Shown here in pieces: positions 18,916-28,471 of a DNA stretch of 64,000 bases (position 1 is its first letter; each line of letters opens with the position of its first letter). Location: positions 11,170 to 75,169 of the IMG/VR virus record IMGVR_UViG_2914150438_000002; one strand, given 5' to 3'. Both the position numbers and the translations under genes were made by a program. Origin of the DNA: a virus (taxonomy: Duplodnaviria; Caudoviricetes). Under the pieces are notes generated by a model that was given only the letters and a program-made list of their open reading frames with translations, was not told where the DNA came from and searched no databases.

Positions 18916-19611
18916 ATGGAATTGCATACGGACGACAGGATTATTTCAAGACAGAGCAACTGGGTGTTCGACGAACACGTCGCGCCCGAATTCGACAAAC
19001 ACGTCAGAAAGAGCGTTCCTAATTATGTACACGTTCAGGAACTGGCTGAAACGTTTTCAGACTGGTTTACATATCCCAATTCCACGGTTATAGACTTTGG
19101 AGCGTCCACAGGAGAGACTCTGCGCCGAATAAAACGCCGCCATTCAAAGGCGTTAAATATCATCGGCTACGACAATTCTCAAGCTATGATAAATCAGGCG
19201 AAAACAAAAGGCGTAGACATCACTTTTGCCGACCTCGAAAAGCCGTTTGTCCTGCCCGATTTTTCCTACGCAGTTTCGCTCTACACTTTGCAATTCCTGC
19301 GTCCATACGCTCGTAATGCCCTATTGAAGCGTATATACCACTGCTTGGAAAACTGCGGTGGAATGTTCGTAGTCGAGAAAGTACTCGGCTCTACCGCACA
19401 AATGCAGGACATCTTACAGCAGCTCTATTGGGAGATGAAAGCAAAGAACGGCTTTAGTTCCGAGCAAATCATAAACAAGGCGAAAGCCCTACGCGGCTGT
19501 ATGTACCCGAAAACCGTTGCCGACAACGAGGCGGAATTTAAATCAATCGGCTTTAATTCCGAAATCGTTTTCAAGGAATCGCAATTCTGCGGTTGGCTTT
19601 TAACGAAATGA
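18916..19611 (+). CDS. CmoA-like class I SAM-dependent enzyme
   Basis: WVFDEHVAPEFDKHVRKSVPNY, DFGASTG, YDNS, YTLQFL and KAKNGFS follow the CmoA pattern. Confidence 0.8.
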   Translation: MELHTDDRIISRQSNWVFDEHVAPEFDKHVRKSVPNYVHVQELAETFSDWFTYPNSTVIDFGASTGETLRRIKRRHSKALNIIGYDNSQAMINQAKTKGVDITFADLEKPFVLPDFSYAVSLYTLQFLRPYARNALLKRIYHCLENCGGMFVVEKVLGSTAQMQDILQQLYWEMKAKNGFSSEQIINKAKALRGCMYPKTVADNEAEFKSIGFNSEIVFKESQFCGWLLTK

Positions 19612-21392
19612 AGCTTCTTCGGGATATTCTCAAGGACGCTTGGACTCCCGCCGACCGCAGAGAACCGTGGCGTTGGTGCGAGGAACATATAAAGAGCATT
19701 CCGTACTCTCCAATGCCCGGACCTTTCAGGAGCGAAAATTCGCCTTGGATTAGAGAGGTTATGGAAGCGATTGTTGACCCGAAAATCCGCCTTGTCTCAA
19801 TTATTGCCGCTGTTCAAAGCTCCAAGACTACAAGCCCAGAACTGACGCTTTGCTACATAATCGCGAACCTGCCTGGACCCTGCTTGTGGCTCGACCAGAC
19901 GGACGAAGACGCAAAAGACGAATCGGAAAGCCGCCTGCAAAAACTCTTTGAAAGTTGCGAGCCGGTAAAAAAGCTATTTCCCAAGAACAAAAATAAACAG
20001 CGCAACTGCACAATCCACTTTTCAAATGGCATGACGCTATGGCTACTTGGCGCATACAATAAGACCAACCTGCAAAGGCGTTCAATTCGTTGGCTCTTTG
20101 GAGATGAAACTTGGCGTTGGCCAGTAGGTCATATGGCTGAAGCGGAGGCGAGAACAACAGCGTTCGGTTGGCTCGGCAAGTGTGTTTTTATGAGTCAAGG
20201 CGGAGAAGAAGCCGACGACACCCATCGCAAATTTGAGACTACCGATATGCGGGAATGGCACTATAAATGTCCAAAATGTGGCAAATACGTTCCTTTTAGG
20301 TGGGAAAATATAGAGTGGGACGACAATTATAAGGACGAAAACGGCGAATACGACTTTGCCAAGATAAATCAAAATACCGCCTTAAAATGCGCTGAATGTG
20401 GGGAATACTTTGAAGACACAGACAGAATGAGGCGGATTCTCAACAAAGATGGAAAATTCATTCCATTAAATCCGAATGCCGCCAAGGAGAATGTAGGCTT
20501 TCACTGGAATGCTCTTGCTTCTATGTCTTGGGGAAAACTTGCAGAACTGTATCTTAGGGCAAAAATCGCCGCCAGAAAGGGCGACAGTTCTTTGCTTCAA
20601 CAGTTTTACCAAAAACGTCTCGCCCTGCCTTGGAAAGAATTTGCCGAAGACTACCGACTGGAAATTGCGTCATCAGGATACAATCAAGGGGAATTTTGGA
20701 GCGAGGAAGGAGGCTTCAATTCCAAAGGCGAAATTATATCCCAGCCATTCTCCGAGGGAGAATGTGTCGCTCCATTGCGGATAATGTCGGTTGACGTACA
20801 AATGGACCATTTCTACTTGGTTGTGCGCTCGTGGAGTCCGCAAGGTTCAAGCCGCCTATTATGGCATGAAAAGGTTTTAACATGGGAAGACATAGAGGAT
20901 ATTCAAAAGAGATTTTCAATACTGCCAAATCTCGTTTTTATCGACGCAGGATATAATTCCTACGAAGTTTATAAGCAGTGCGGCAAGCACCGTTGGATAG
21001 CTCTAATGGGAGACAATAGAGCTAATTTTGTTCATAGGCTACCGCAAGGTAAAAGCGTCTTTAGGTTTTATTCTCCAGTCAAAAATATCTTTATATCTCG
21101 AGAAGTTAAGTGCCGTATGCACTTTTGGAGCAATTTAAATGTAAAAGATACCTTAGCCCGTATCCGAAGGAATCAAAATCCTGAAAATGGAGCGACTTGG
21201 GAAGTGCCTACGGATATTTCCGAGGATTACCTAAAACAGATGGAATCCGAACACCGAATTAAGAAAGGAAATTCGTGGATATGGGAACAAATTGGCAACC
21301 GTCCAAACCACTATCTTGATTGTGAGGCGATGAATTGCGCAGGTGCACTGATGTTGAAGATTATCGGCAACGACGCAAAAGGAACTGAATGA
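19608..21392 (+). CDS. terL: Terminase large subunit (lambda gpA family)
   Basis: PGPFRSENSPWIRE, AVQSSKT, DETWRW, Zn-ribbon CPKC...CAEC, SVDVQ and NHYLDCE nuclease motifs. Confidence 0.93.
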   Translation: MKLLRDILKDAWTPADRREPWRWCEEHIKSIPYSPMPGPFRSENSPWIREVMEAIVDPKIRLVSIIAAVQSSKTTSPELTLCYIIANLPGPCLWLDQTDEDAKDESESRLQKLFESCEPVKKLFPKNKNKQRNCTIHFSNGMTLWLLGAYNKTNLQRRSIRWLFGDETWRWPVGHMAEAEARTTAFGWLGKCVFMSQGGEEADDTHRKFETTDMREWHYKCPKCGKYVPFRWENIEWDDNYKDENGEYDFAKINQNTALKCAECGEYFEDTDRMRRILNKDGKFIPLNPNAAKENVGFHWNALASMSWGKLAELYLRAKIAARKGDSSLLQQFYQKRLALPWKEFAEDYRLEIASSGYNQGEFWSEEGGFNSKGEIISQPFSEGECVAPLRIMSVDVQMDHFYLVVRSWSPQGSSRLLWHEKVLTWEDIEDIQKRFSILPNLVFIDAGYNSYEVYKQCGKHRWIALMGDNRANFVHRLPQGKSVFRFYSPVKNIFISREVKCRMHFWSNLNVKDTLARIRRNQNPENGATWEVPTDISEDYLKQMESEHRIKKGNSWIWEQIGNRPNHYLDCEAMNCAGALMLKIIGNDAKGTE

Positions 21393-21413
21393 TTTGACAT
21401 TCGCCAATTTAAT

Positions 21414-21671
21414 ATGGCGAATTACAACTATAAACGCGGCTATACTGTTGAAGAACTTGAGGTACTTCTTGTACAGGTTAAAACCGAGCGCGAAAAGTAT
21501 CTTCAGTCGGCTTCCGACAGCGGAAGTTCCTATTCCCGCATAGCAGCTGCTGAAATCGAAAAGAAATTTAACGGCATAATGGACGCATTGGAGCTTCTCG
21601 CGCCCGAAAAGTACCAAAAGACAAACCGCAGGATTTCCCTTAGCGGCGTATTCGGAGGGGTTATACAATGA
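21414..21671 (+). CDS. Head-tail joining protein (gpW-like)
   Basis: Small helical ORF between terL and portal, the position of lambda gpW. Confidence 0.55.
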   Translation: MANYNYKRGYTVEELEVLLVQVKTEREKYLQSASDSGSSYSRIAAAEIEKKFNGIMDALELLAPEKYQKTNRRISLSGVFGGVIQ

Positions 21672-23104
21672 ATTTCCGCCGAAAAATCGCCAATTTGTTT
21701 TATGGGATTGGGCACGCCTTTGAAGCGGCAAAAATCTCTCCGTCCCGTGGCAATCCCAACACCACAAATCCGACAGACGCAAAATACGAGCTTACTTCAT
21801 ACACGAGAAGCGAACTTGTCCGAAAAGCCCGCTATCTTGAGAAAAATTCTGGGCAGATTCGGGGAATTTTGCGCGACCTGAAAGTTTACGGAATTGGCAA
21901 AGGGATTTACCCGAACGCCAAAAGCGGCAACCACGCTTGGGATAAGCAAGCGGAAGACTTCTTTTTCAGGTGGAGTCGGCATTGCGACATCACAAACCGC
22001 TTTTCTTGGAGAGAGTGTCAGGCGATGATACTCCGCGCCCTGATTATCGACGGTGAGGTTTTCGTGATAAAGACGTTCAATGCGTTCAATGTCCCGAAAA
22101 TCCAGATAATCGAAAGCCACCGCCTTATGTCTCCCGAAACTGAAAGCAGTCCTTTCATATCGGACGGAATTGAATTTGACCGCTACGGCAGACCCAAAGC
22201 CTACTACTTTATCATTGGCGAAAACAGAGAGACAACGAGAGTTCCCGCTTCTGCGGTAATTCATATTTTCGACCCAGAGCGTGTCTCGCAAGCAAGAGCA
22301 TATCCGCACATTCAGCACTCGATAAACGACGTCATCGACCGTAAGGAAATCCTAGCCTTGGAGAAAAAGAAGGTAAAGGCAATTTCCGACATCGTCCATA
22401 TCCTGAAAGGCGGTCAGGGAATGAGTCTCGACGGCGATTACAGGGTGGACGTCGGCAACCGACCTGAGGGAACGTCAACGGAGGCGTTAAACCAAATTCT
22501 GGGCGGAAAGAATATCCGCATAGACCCCGATGAAAGCATAGATGTTCACGAAAGCAATATTCCCTCTCCGACATTTTCTGGATTTTTGACGGAACTCGAC
22601 CGTTCGGGAAGTCTCGGCATTTTGCCTTATGAATTTCTTATAGACCCGTCGAAAATCGGCGGAGCGTCTGTAAGGCTTATCGCCTCAAAGACGCAACGCT
22701 ACATTGACGATATGACACAGCTAATCGACGACCGTTTTAACGACGCCGTATGGTTCTTCGTAATCGGTTGGGCAATAGACAGCGGGATATTGCCGCTTCA
22801 GAACTGGTGGTGGTACGCCACTTGGACACACCCCAGAAAGCTGACAGTTGACGCAGGGCGCGAGGAACAGCAAAACCGAGCAAACGTTGAAATGGGCTTA
22901 AAAACGCTCGAAGAAAGCTATTCCGAATGCGGCTTGGACTTCGAGGACGAAATGCGCACAAGAGCCGACAACGCAAGGTTCATTATGCGCTTGGCGGGAA
23001 TTCCCGACAGCGAGCCAATACCGCTTTATATGCTCTACAAGGTTAACGGAACTCAGGTTATCGAAAATAGGAAAATAGGAGAAAAAGGTAATGATGACGA
23101 ATAA
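21668..23104 (+). CDS. Portal protein (lambda gpB family)
   Basis: RKARYLEKN, IIDGEVF, DGIEFDRYGRPKAY, HIFDPERVSQARAYP; size and position fit. Confidence 0.9.
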   Translation: MNFRRKIANLFYGIGHAFEAAKISPSRGNPNTTNPTDAKYELTSYTRSELVRKARYLEKNSGQIRGILRDLKVYGIGKGIYPNAKSGNHAWDKQAEDFFFRWSRHCDITNRFSWRECQAMILRALIIDGEVFVIKTFNAFNVPKIQIIESHRLMSPETESSPFISDGIEFDRYGRPKAYYFIIGENRETTRVPASAVIHIFDPERVSQARAYPHIQHSINDVIDRKEILALEKKKVKAISDIVHILKGGQGMSLDGDYRVDVGNRPEGTSTEALNQILGGKNIRIDPDESIDVHESNIPSPTFSGFLTELDRSGSLGILPYEFLIDPSKIGGASVRLIASKTQRYIDDMTQLIDDRFNDAVWFFVIGWAIDSGILPLQNWWWYATWTHPRKLTVDAGREEQQNRANVEMGLKTLEESYSECGLDFEDEMRTRADNARFIMRLAGIPDSEPIPLYMLYKVNGTQVIENRKIGEKGNDDE

Positions 23105-23918
23105 CATTTTTTTAAACGGAATTTGCAGACCGTGGAATATACACGCAGGTACATTTCTTGCGTTGTCGCTAAGGGTATTGGCTGACGCAAAAGGCGCGGA
23201 CTCGCTTTCTGGGTGGCGCGAGAAGTTTTCGCAGTTCGTGCCACAACGCCAAAGTATGGCAATAGACCCTAACGGGATTGCCCATATCTCCATTCACGGA
23301 ACGCTTTTCAACAAGGAAGCCCCTTATTTTGTGGCGGGCTATGGCGGCACGGATTATGAGGAAGTCCTGCAAGACATAGCGGTGGCATCAAAGGAAGCCA
23401 AAGGGATATTCCTAACGGTTGATTCTGGCGGCGGGCACGCTTGCGGGAATGACAAAGTGGCAAAAGCAATATCGCAATGCCCCAAGCCTGTGTTCGCCTA
23501 TACGGACGGAATGTGCTGCTCGGCGGCATACGCGATAGCAAGCGGAGCGTCGTATATCTGCGCTTCCGCAGACGCCACTGTCGGGAGTATAGGAACTATT
23601 TTGCCGCTAATGGACGTTTCGGGATTGTGGCAAGCATTGGGCGTAAAGCCTGACTACATTACAAACAAGGAAGGCACGCTCAAAACCGCAGGATACCCGC
23701 CGAGCCAAAACGACGACGAAAGAGCCGCTTTACAGGCGGAGACTCAATCGTACTTCGAGCTGTTTAAATCACACGTTCTGGCGCACAGAAACATCGAAAA
23801 AGAGGATATGCGGGGTCAGGCTTTCGTAGGCGCAGAGGCGTTTAGACGGGGGCTTGTTGACGATATTTGCGACAAAAATTCCGCCTACGACAAATTAAGA
23901 ATTTTGACACGGGGATAA
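23091..23918 (+). CDS. Prohead protease, peptidase S49 (gpC/SppA-like)
   Basis: DSGGG, CSAAYAIAS, GSIG and GLVDDI motifs. Confidence 0.9.
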   Translation: MMTNNIFLNGICRPWNIHAGTFLALSLRVLADAKGADSLSGWREKFSQFVPQRQSMAIDPNGIAHISIHGTLFNKEAPYFVAGYGGTDYEEVLQDIAVASKEAKGIFLTVDSGGGHACGNDKVAKAISQCPKPVFAYTDGMCCSAAYAIASGASYICASADATVGSIGTILPLMDVSGLWQALGVKPDYITNKEGTLKTAGYPPSQNDDERAALQAETQSYFELFKSHVLAHRNIEKEDMRGQAFVGAEAFRRGLVDDICDKNSAYDKLRILTRG

Positions 23919-23925
23919 AAAGTAT

Positions 23926-24312
23926 ATGGACGAAACCAATAAAGAAAAAACTCTTGCCGAAGCCATTTCGCAAATCGAAACGCTCACGGCGGACAAAACA
24001 AAGCTCGATTCCGATTTGGCAACCGCTTCTTCGCGCATTGCCGAACTCGAAAGCGAACTTAACGAGACTCGGGAGAAATTGACGGCTCTTGAACAAAAAC
24101 ACCGAGACATCGACAAAGAAGTCTCTTTAAAAGTTGCCGAGATTGCGGCTCAAAGTGGGGTTTCTCCCATTGAGGCAGATGCAAACGGCGGCGAGGAGGA
24201 AAGCCTTGAAGAACTCGCAAAACGCATTGACGAGGCGCAAGGCGTAGAAAAAGCAAAGCTCATTGAATCTAACTACGACCGCATAATGTCGGCGTTGAAA
24301 GGAGTTTACTAA
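23926..24312 (+). CDS. Probable capsid scaffolding protein
   Basis: Acidic coiled-coil ORF between protease and capsid. Confidence 0.55.
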   Translation: MDETNKEKTLAEAISQIETLTADKTKLDSDLATASSRIAELESELNETREKLTALEQKHRDIDKEVSLKVAEIAAQSGVSPIEADANGGEEESLEELAKRIDEAQGVEKAKLIESNYDRIMSALKGVY

Positions 24313-25206
24313 GTGAACACTATACCATCAGCATTAAGGCGTTCGCTAATCCTCAAGTCCGCGATGGAAGCATTCAAACATAAGCTTATTTCGTTGGGTT
24401 TGTTCTCCACTGTGTTGCGCAATGTGCCGCTTGAAGGAAACAACGAAATAGACATTCCGTATATTCCGCTTGCGACGAGTGCTTCAAAGGACTTTGACGG
24501 CACCTACAAGTTTGACAAGGGAGATATGGAGTCCCGCAAAATAACGGTTAATAGACGCAAGTACCAGTCATTGACCTACACTTCCGAGGAGAAGGCAAGG
24601 CAGCCCTATTTCGACCCAATTACTTTGGGGAGACTAAAGGGAGCCAAGCTTGCCGAGGACGTTCTTTTGGACATTTTAAGTGTCATCACTAAGGAGAATT
24701 TCGGAGACGCAATTCTTACACGAAACGCCGCCGATTTCGACACAGACGACATAATAGACCTTGAGACGAAGATTGACGAACTCGAATGGCCAGACAGTCC
24801 CCGAGGAATGCTTCTGAAATCGTCCTATATGGCGAATGTTAAGAAGGACATAAAGACTTCGGGAGGGCTTTCGACATTTGGATTCTCGCCTTTGGGAGAA
24901 CTTCCCAATCTTATGGGCTTTTCGTTCTCCAAGTTTAACCGCTTGCCCGACAATGGCGAAAAGTTGCAGGGGTTCATTGTCTATCCGTCAGCAATAATGG
25001 TAGCTCTTGCTCCGATTGCGCCGACGGCAAATGTGATGAAGCAACTGTCAACCTATACGACCTACACTGACCCGCAGACTGGGCTCACTTTTGAATATCG
25101 AGCTTGGGGCGACGCAGACACCGACGCTTCAAAAGAGATTATCGAGTGCAACTATGGGTTCGGCGTTGGCGAAAAGGCGGCACTCAAACGTATCGTATCT
25201 GAATAA
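24313..25206 (+). CDS. Major capsid protein (HK97 fold inferred)
   Basis: 297 aa, located after protease and scaffold; beta-rich P-domain-like C-terminus (ECNYGFGV). Confidence 0.75.
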   Translation: MNTIPSALRRSLILKSAMEAFKHKLISLGLFSTVLRNVPLEGNNEIDIPYIPLATSASKDFDGTYKFDKGDMESRKITVNRRKYQSLTYTSEEKARQPYFDPITLGRLKGAKLAEDVLLDILSVITKENFGDAILTRNAADFDTDDIIDLETKIDELEWPDSPRGMLLKSSYMANVKKDIKTSGGLSTFGFSPLGELPNLMGFSFSKFNRLPDNGEKLQGFIVYPSAIMVALAPIAPTANVMKQLSTYTTYTDPQTGLTFEYRAWGDADTDASKEIIECNYGFGVGEKAALKRIVSE

Positions 25207-25207
25207 G

Positions 25208-25432
25208 ATGAACGCATTTATTACGATAGGGTACAAGAAAAACGGCAAGTCGGAGATTCTTTTGAGTCCCGACGAGCCTTACGCCAAACATAGGCAACTG
25301 TTTAAAACCCTAACAGGAGACTATACAGACGTCGAAGTTTGGTCTCGCGCTATGGGTAAAATCAAACAGCGCAAAGTCAAAACTTCAAAAGTTGCCAAAG
25401 TTTCAAAAACTTCAAAAGAATCAAAGGAGTAA
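25208..25432 (+). CDS. Hypothetical head-associated protein
   Basis: Short basic ORF coupled to the capsid stop codon. Confidence 0.55.
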   Translation: MNAFITIGYKKNGKSEILLSPDEPYAKHRQLFKTLTGDYTDVEVWSRAMGKIKQRKVKTSKVAKVSKTSKESKE

Positions 25433-25435
25433 GAA

Positions 25436-25684
25436 ATGGGAGAAAACGACATTTTAAGAATCAGACCCGAACATACGCACGGGGGCGGTTTGCAGATTTG
25501 CGACGACGGCTCCGACGGAACCGTACAAAAGCTCGGCTTCTTCGGAGTTGCGCCCACAGTGCAGAGGGCAAATGCAAATCAGGCCAAGCTTGAAGACTCG
25601 GCGCAACTTGCGCAAGTGATTGTGCTTGTCAACGAGCTTAGAGAAGCCCTCGTAGAAAAAGGACTGATAAAGGGTTCGGCTTAG
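25436..25684 (+). CDS. Small head decoration/fibre-like protein
   Basis: QKLGFFGVAP...VNELREALVEKGLIKG pattern recurrent downstream of capsid genes. Confidence 0.5.
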   Translation: MGENDILRIRPEHTHGGGLQICDDGSDGTVQKLGFFGVAPTVQRANANQAKLEDSAQLAQVIVLVNELREALVEKGLIKGSA

Positions 25685-25707
25685 GATTGGGTTGTTTCGT
25701 ATTCACT

Positions 25708-25740
25708 GGGAGCTTTCGGGAGACTGGAAGCTCCCTTTTT
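25708..25740 (+). terminator. Rho-independent terminator after the head genes
   Basis: GGGAGCTT-N12-AAGCTCCC followed by TTTTT. Confidence 0.75.
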
Positions 25741-25763
25741 ATTATTGATAAGCATTATACTTT

Positions 25764-26927
25764 ATGAAATATATTTTTAGTATGACATTAGAAGAATACA
25801 GAGATAGTTTAATCAAATTAAGACAGAAATTTTTAAAAGAAGAATCTACGCTTGGGACGGCATCGTCTTCATCAGCTTACTCAAAAGTTATTGATGAAAT
25901 CTTAGATTTTATCAATGAAAGAGCTCACCATAGAATATCAGAAATTAGAAATACTAAAATCGAAAATCCCATACGAATTGGAGATTCTTTTGACCTGCGT
26001 GAAAATATAATTAGGAACAATCGGAATGAAACATCCGTAGAAGAAAATTTACCATCGTATATCAAGGAAACATTTAATAGGGAAAAACTCTTAGCTCTAA
26101 TTGATGATGAAATATTTTTATCATCTCCCATAAAAGAAAAAAAAGAATTAGCTATAAGAAAGATCATAGAAGCAAGGAATTTAAATAACGAATTTTCCTA
26201 TGAGTTAGCTAAAATATTCTGTGGAGATAATCCTAATTTTTTATATAGATCGAGCTCAAATATAACTTCTTTTTTTAAAGAAGCTGGCTTTAATTTTGTC
26301 CATGATGGGAGTACACGTTCAAGGTGGATTGAAGGTAAAATAAAAGAAATTTCCGCAAAAGATATATATGGAAAATGTTTCACCAGATTATTCAAGACAC
26401 GAGATTTTGAGGCATTGTCGAAGAATTTAAATAAAAGTTTTGACGATTGTGTAACGATTGCAAAATATGAAATAAAAAATTTATTAGATAAAAGCCTCAC
26501 TTGGGATAATACAATAGATTTCTCAGATGTAATTGGGCTAAATGTAAAAACGGATCTACTGTTTAATAAAAAATCAAAGACAACTGATATTACTTTGAAT
26601 GATTTAATAGATTCTTCAAAAGATTTTTTTGTTCAAGGCGACTATCAAACTGCTATCGAGAAATTATGGGACGCATTAGAAAGATGTAAGACACTATTAG
26701 ACAACGATAAGAAAAAATCGGTAAAAATGATAATTGAAAAATTATCAGGAGAAATGGAATATTCATTCTTTGACAATGAACTTAAAACTTTGACCGATAT
26801 AGGAAACAAATATCAAATTCGTCATTTTGAAAAAGATAAAAAACCGATAGAAGATTTTATGACAAAAGAATATCTTTATTTTAGATTATTATCATTGATA
26901 GATTTCATATTATCAAAAATATCTTAA
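25764..26927 (+). CDS. AT-rich accessory gene, AbiJ-like abortive-infection candidate
   Basis: YRSSSNITSFFKEAGFNFVHDGSTRSRW (AbiJ N-terminal-domain-like) and AIEKLWDALER...GNKYQIRHFE (HEPN-like C-terminus). Confidence 0.6.
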   Translation: MKYIFSMTLEEYRDSLIKLRQKFLKEESTLGTASSSSAYSKVIDEILDFINERAHHRISEIRNTKIENPIRIGDSFDLRENIIRNNRNETSVEENLPSYIKETFNREKLLALIDDEIFLSSPIKEKKELAIRKIIEARNLNNEFSYELAKIFCGDNPNFLYRSSSNITSFFKEAGFNFVHDGSTRSRWIEGKIKEISAKDIYGKCFTRLFKTRDFEALSKNLNKSFDDCVTIAKYEIKNLLDKSLTWDNTIDFSDVIGLNVKTDLLFNKKSKTTDITLNDLIDSSKDFFVQGDYQTAIEKLWDALERCKTLLDNDKKKSVKMIIEKLSGEMEYSFFDNELKTLTDIGNKYQIRHFEKDKKPIEDFMTKEYLYFRLLSLIDFILSKIS

Positions 26928-26949
26928 TTTTGACATAGCCCATATTCCT

Positions 26950-27267
26950 ATGGGCTTTTTTAGTGAAATCAGAACCGCATTAAATGAAATCTTTGCCGAA
27001 TTTTCGCAGGACGTTCAATTTAGAGGCAAGACATACAAGTGCATAATTGGCGAGAATGGTCAGCAGGAAGTAGAACTCGAATCGGGCGGGTTTGTGCCTA
27101 ACGAAACTTTTACCGTAAAGTTCAAAGAAGCGGATTTAGAAGATGAGGCATATCCTTCCATAGGAGAATTGCTCCAATATTCTGGCAGGATTTTTCGCAT
27201 ACATTGGATAAGTACACGCTCAAAACGAGGACAAATAGAAGTATGGGTAAGGAGTGTAGATAAATGA
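26950..27267 (+). CDS. Head-tail adaptor/closure-like protein
   Basis: 105-aa beta-rich ORF at the start of the neck/tail block. Confidence 0.55.
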   Translation: MGFFSEIRTALNEIFAEFSQDVQFRGKTYKCIIGENGQQEVELESGGFVPNETFTVKFKEADLEDEAYPSIGELLQYSGRIFRIHWISTRSKRGQIEVWVRSVDK

Positions 27268-27269
27268 AC

Positions 27270-27326
27270 GGAAGTTCCGCTTCCATTGAAGGGCTACGCC
27301 CTTACGCGATTGCTTCGCAATAACGC
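27270..27326. repeat. Intergenic triple-hairpin element
   Basis: GGAAG-TTCCG-CTTCC, AAGGGC-TAC-GCCCTT and ATTGC-TTC-GCAAT in tandem. Confidence 0.55.
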
Positions 27327-27335
27327 TATCCCACC

Positions 27336-28070
27336 ATGAAGTTTGAAGTTATTACCAAGAATTTCGAGGACGCACTTGTACAATACAAAGTAGCTTGCCA
27401 GAGGGATTGGCAATTTGTCGTAAAGCAGCAATCTCGCATTGTTGGAGAAAAGCTAATAAAATTTACGCCGCCAAAGACAGCTTCAATCGGCAAGCGAAAT
27501 GTAGCCCGAGACATAGGCAAGGTATTTGCGGATTTAAGCGGCACAACTTGGGAAGATAAATCACTCAATAAAATGTGGAGAGCGGGCAATTTTGAAGGAG
27601 TAAAAAAGGCACTTGAGAGCCACCCGAACAAATCCGAAATGCCCATATTTAGATATAAGCGAATATTTAAATCTCCCGTAAGAAACATTCATAAAGCGGC
27701 AATAAATAAGAGCGGGAGAGTTCCGAAGAATTGGACTACTCAATATGCTGTTGCGGGGAAAGGAGAGCTTAAAAAGTACACGAGAAAGGCACAACTTCAG
27801 GTGGGAGTTGCCAAATCTGGCTGGCTTGCGGCTCTTACAAAGTTGGGAGGAAAGTCCCAGAGCTTTGTGACTCGCCACGGCACTAAGTATGGTGGATTCG
27901 TAGATGGAAATAGAGGAGATAATCCATTCTTTACTCTCATAAATCGGGTAACGACATTCCCGCAAGGAGGAACACCCATGAGAATTTTAAAGCGGGCCTT
28001 TCGGGTACAGACAAAGGCGATGGAAAACAATATTAAGCGAATTTTAAGCAAGAGAGGAAGAAATTTTTAG
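27336..28070 (+). CDS. Neck/tail completion protein (basic)
   Basis: Lys/Arg-rich 244-aa ORF in the neck position. Confidence 0.55.
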   Translation: MKFEVITKNFEDALVQYKVACQRDWQFVVKQQSRIVGEKLIKFTPPKTASIGKRNVARDIGKVFADLSGTTWEDKSLNKMWRAGNFEGVKKALESHPNKSEMPIFRYKRIFKSPVRNIHKAAINKSGRVPKNWTTQYAVAGKGELKKYTRKAQLQVGVAKSGWLAALTKLGGKSQSFVTRHGTKYGGFVDGNRGDNPFFTLINRVTTFPQGGTPMRILKRAFRVQTKAMENNIKRILSKRGRNF

Positions 28071-28071
28071 C

Positions 28072-28470
28072 ATGAGAAAGGAAATTGAGGATATACTATT
28101 TGAATACCTGCTAAGCGCATTGCCAGAAGCAATGAAGCCGATGCTTGTAAAGGGACACAGCACGGAAGACAGGCATATACCGTACATTTCACTCGATGTT
28201 GGAGATGTAAGACCGTTTTCAGATATGTTGGAATCCGACGGGATATTTGAGTCTGAAGTAAATGTGGCAATAGCGGATTCAGCCCACGATATAAACTATG
28301 ATGCCCAATTTTTGCGCATAGCACAGATACGCAGTATTCTTGGGAATTTTACATTGGATAACGAGAAGTATCGTTGTGAAGGATTGTGGTTTGAGGCGGA
28401 AAACGACGCCAGAGACGATAATAATTTGGGTACAGTCCTAACGTATAAGCTCGTATTTCAAACCTTATGA
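28072..28470 (+). CDS. Tail terminator-like protein
   Basis: Acidic 132-aa ORF immediately before the tail tube gene. Confidence 0.5.
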   Translation: MRKEIEDILFEYLLSALPEAMKPMLVKGHSTEDRHIPYISLDVGDVRPFSDMLESDGIFESEVNVAIADSAHDINYDAQFLRIAQIRSILGNFTLDNEKYRCEGLWFEAENDARDDNNLGTVLTYKLVFQTL

Positions 28471-28471
28471 A

